DNA of 63,883 bases, the filler included, from Chiloscyllium plagiosum (Eukaryota), in the NCBI RefSeq assembly GCF_004010195.1. It is 4 parts of one record of this genome, joined end to end, with 100 filler letters (N's around TTAATTAATTAA, not from the genome) between each part and the next. Parts side by side here need not be neighbours in the genome. Positions count along the whole stretch, not along the records: positions 60,090 to 63,883 come from NC_057715.1; 3 more parts are not named here. One strand, given 5' to 3'. Below the pieces are notes generated by a model, which was not told the DNA's origin, did no database searches, and saw only the letters and a program-made list of their open reading frames with translations. Below, in pieces: positions 62,643 to 63,883 of the stretch. Each line of letters opens with the position of its first letter. Within the stretch, counting starts at the first letter, position 1. A program made the translations under genes and the position numbers.

Positions 62643-63572
62643 AGGTAAAGCTTTGGTTGAAAGAACATGCAAATGATAATGACAATTAAATCTCTTTAAC
62701 TTTTGAAACCATGGTACAACAGAAAGGGATTTTTTTCCCTGTGGAAATTACATTCAAAATCACCTCCCTAAACCCATAATTTGTGTTTATTTTGTTCAAA
62801 AATAGATAAATAAAAATACATGTTTTGCATTCCTGGACGCAAGTGTTGAAAAAGATACCTGTGTAGTAATTCCATTAAAAATGAAATGTTTGTACTTTCA
62901 TGGATCTGTGGATAAGGGCCAATGTTTTGAAAAACATGTCCATGTAGGAATTATATTAAACATCACAAATATTTACCTGAATGAACTCAGCTAAAGGAAG
63001 ACGATTTTATTTTAAGAGATCTCTTGTGGAAATGGTATCAGATATTTAACTTGCTGAACTGAACCAAACAGACAATAGTTTTTTTTAAAATTCTAAAATA
63101 TGTTTTATCTTCCTAAACTGAGCTAAAGCGACGGATACATTTTCTTGTAAAAAAGATTCCTCCTCTTCAAGCCAAATCTGGGAGTTGTGCACTGTTTACG
63201 ATACAGTCGGAGATTTCTTTCCTTTGTAACTGGGCACAGCTTTTTAATAATAATATTATCAGCCAGAATGTATGGTCATCTCACAAGGAGTGAGTTATTT
63301 GAGGACTATATATCCCATTGATGTAATGAGCACATTTAAAATTGTGTTAAAGGCAGAGAGAGATAAATCAGTGCCCATCTCTCTCTCTCTTTCTCTCTCT
63401 CCCATGATACTGGCGACAAAATTAAAGCATATATTTTTAAACAACAGAACATTTATGAAGGTGTTGAAAAAGTTGGTCTTTTTTCTTTCTCCTCTGCTTT
63501 CTTTCAGAAGTTTTCATCAGCTGAAGGGAGGGAGGGAGGGAGGATGGTTTTAGCAAAAGGAACGTCCGCCAA

Positions 63573-63883
63573 TCTCTCTCTCTCTCCCAGTCTCTGTCTC
63601 TCTGCTCTTTCTCTCTCCCAGTCCCTGGCTCTCTCCCAGTCTCTGTCTCTCTCTGTGTCTCTTTCTCTCTCCCAGTCCCTGGCTCTCTCTGTGTCTCTGT
63701 CTCTCTGTCTGTCTCTCTCTGGCTTTCTCTTTCCCAGTCTTTGTCTCTCTCTGTGTCTCTGTCTCTCTCTGCGTCTCTTTCTCTCTCCCAGTCTCTCTCT
63801 CTCTTTCTCCCAGTCGCGCTCTCTCTCCCAGTCGCTTTCTGTCTCTCCCAGTCTCTGTCTCTCTCCCAGTCTCTGTCTCTCTC
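63573..63883. repeat. CT-rich compound repeat (CTCTCTCCCAGTCTCTGT motif)
   Basis: Repeated CCCAGTC cores embedded in (CT)n. Confidence 0.9.

Overview
This is a eukaryotic, transposon-dense window from a cartilaginous-fish (shark-like) genome, inferred from HE1-type V-SINEs and their CR1/HER1-type partner LINEs. It is stitched from four contigs by three artificial 100-bp gaps (44 N + TTAATTAATTAA + 44 N). No complete host gene is recognisable, and almost all ORF-track entries are fragments or antisense shadows of retroelements. Main contents: (1) the 5' end of a young class-I (gamma/epsilon-like) endogenous retrovirus on the minus strand, with LTR, tRNA-Pro PBS, splice donor, a 111-bp hairpin tandem repeat in the leader and a myristoylated Gag start; (2) many CR1 copies, one near full length and nested in another, plus Rex1/Babar, RTE, L1 and L2-like LINE remnants; (3) at least three Penelope-like (PLE) families carrying minimal hammerhead ribozymes, several with inverted ends and target-site duplications (TSDs); (4) solo LTRs and Gypsy remnants; (5) HE1 and Deu-domain SINEs; (6) a U1 snRNA 5' fragment fused to the start of a Tx1-type (ZCCHC3-like) ORF1; (7) an AT-rich ~70-bp minisatellite; (8) two unidentified candidate terminal exons on the minus strand. 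Family assignments come from remembered motifs, not database searches, and boundaries of decayed elements are approximate.
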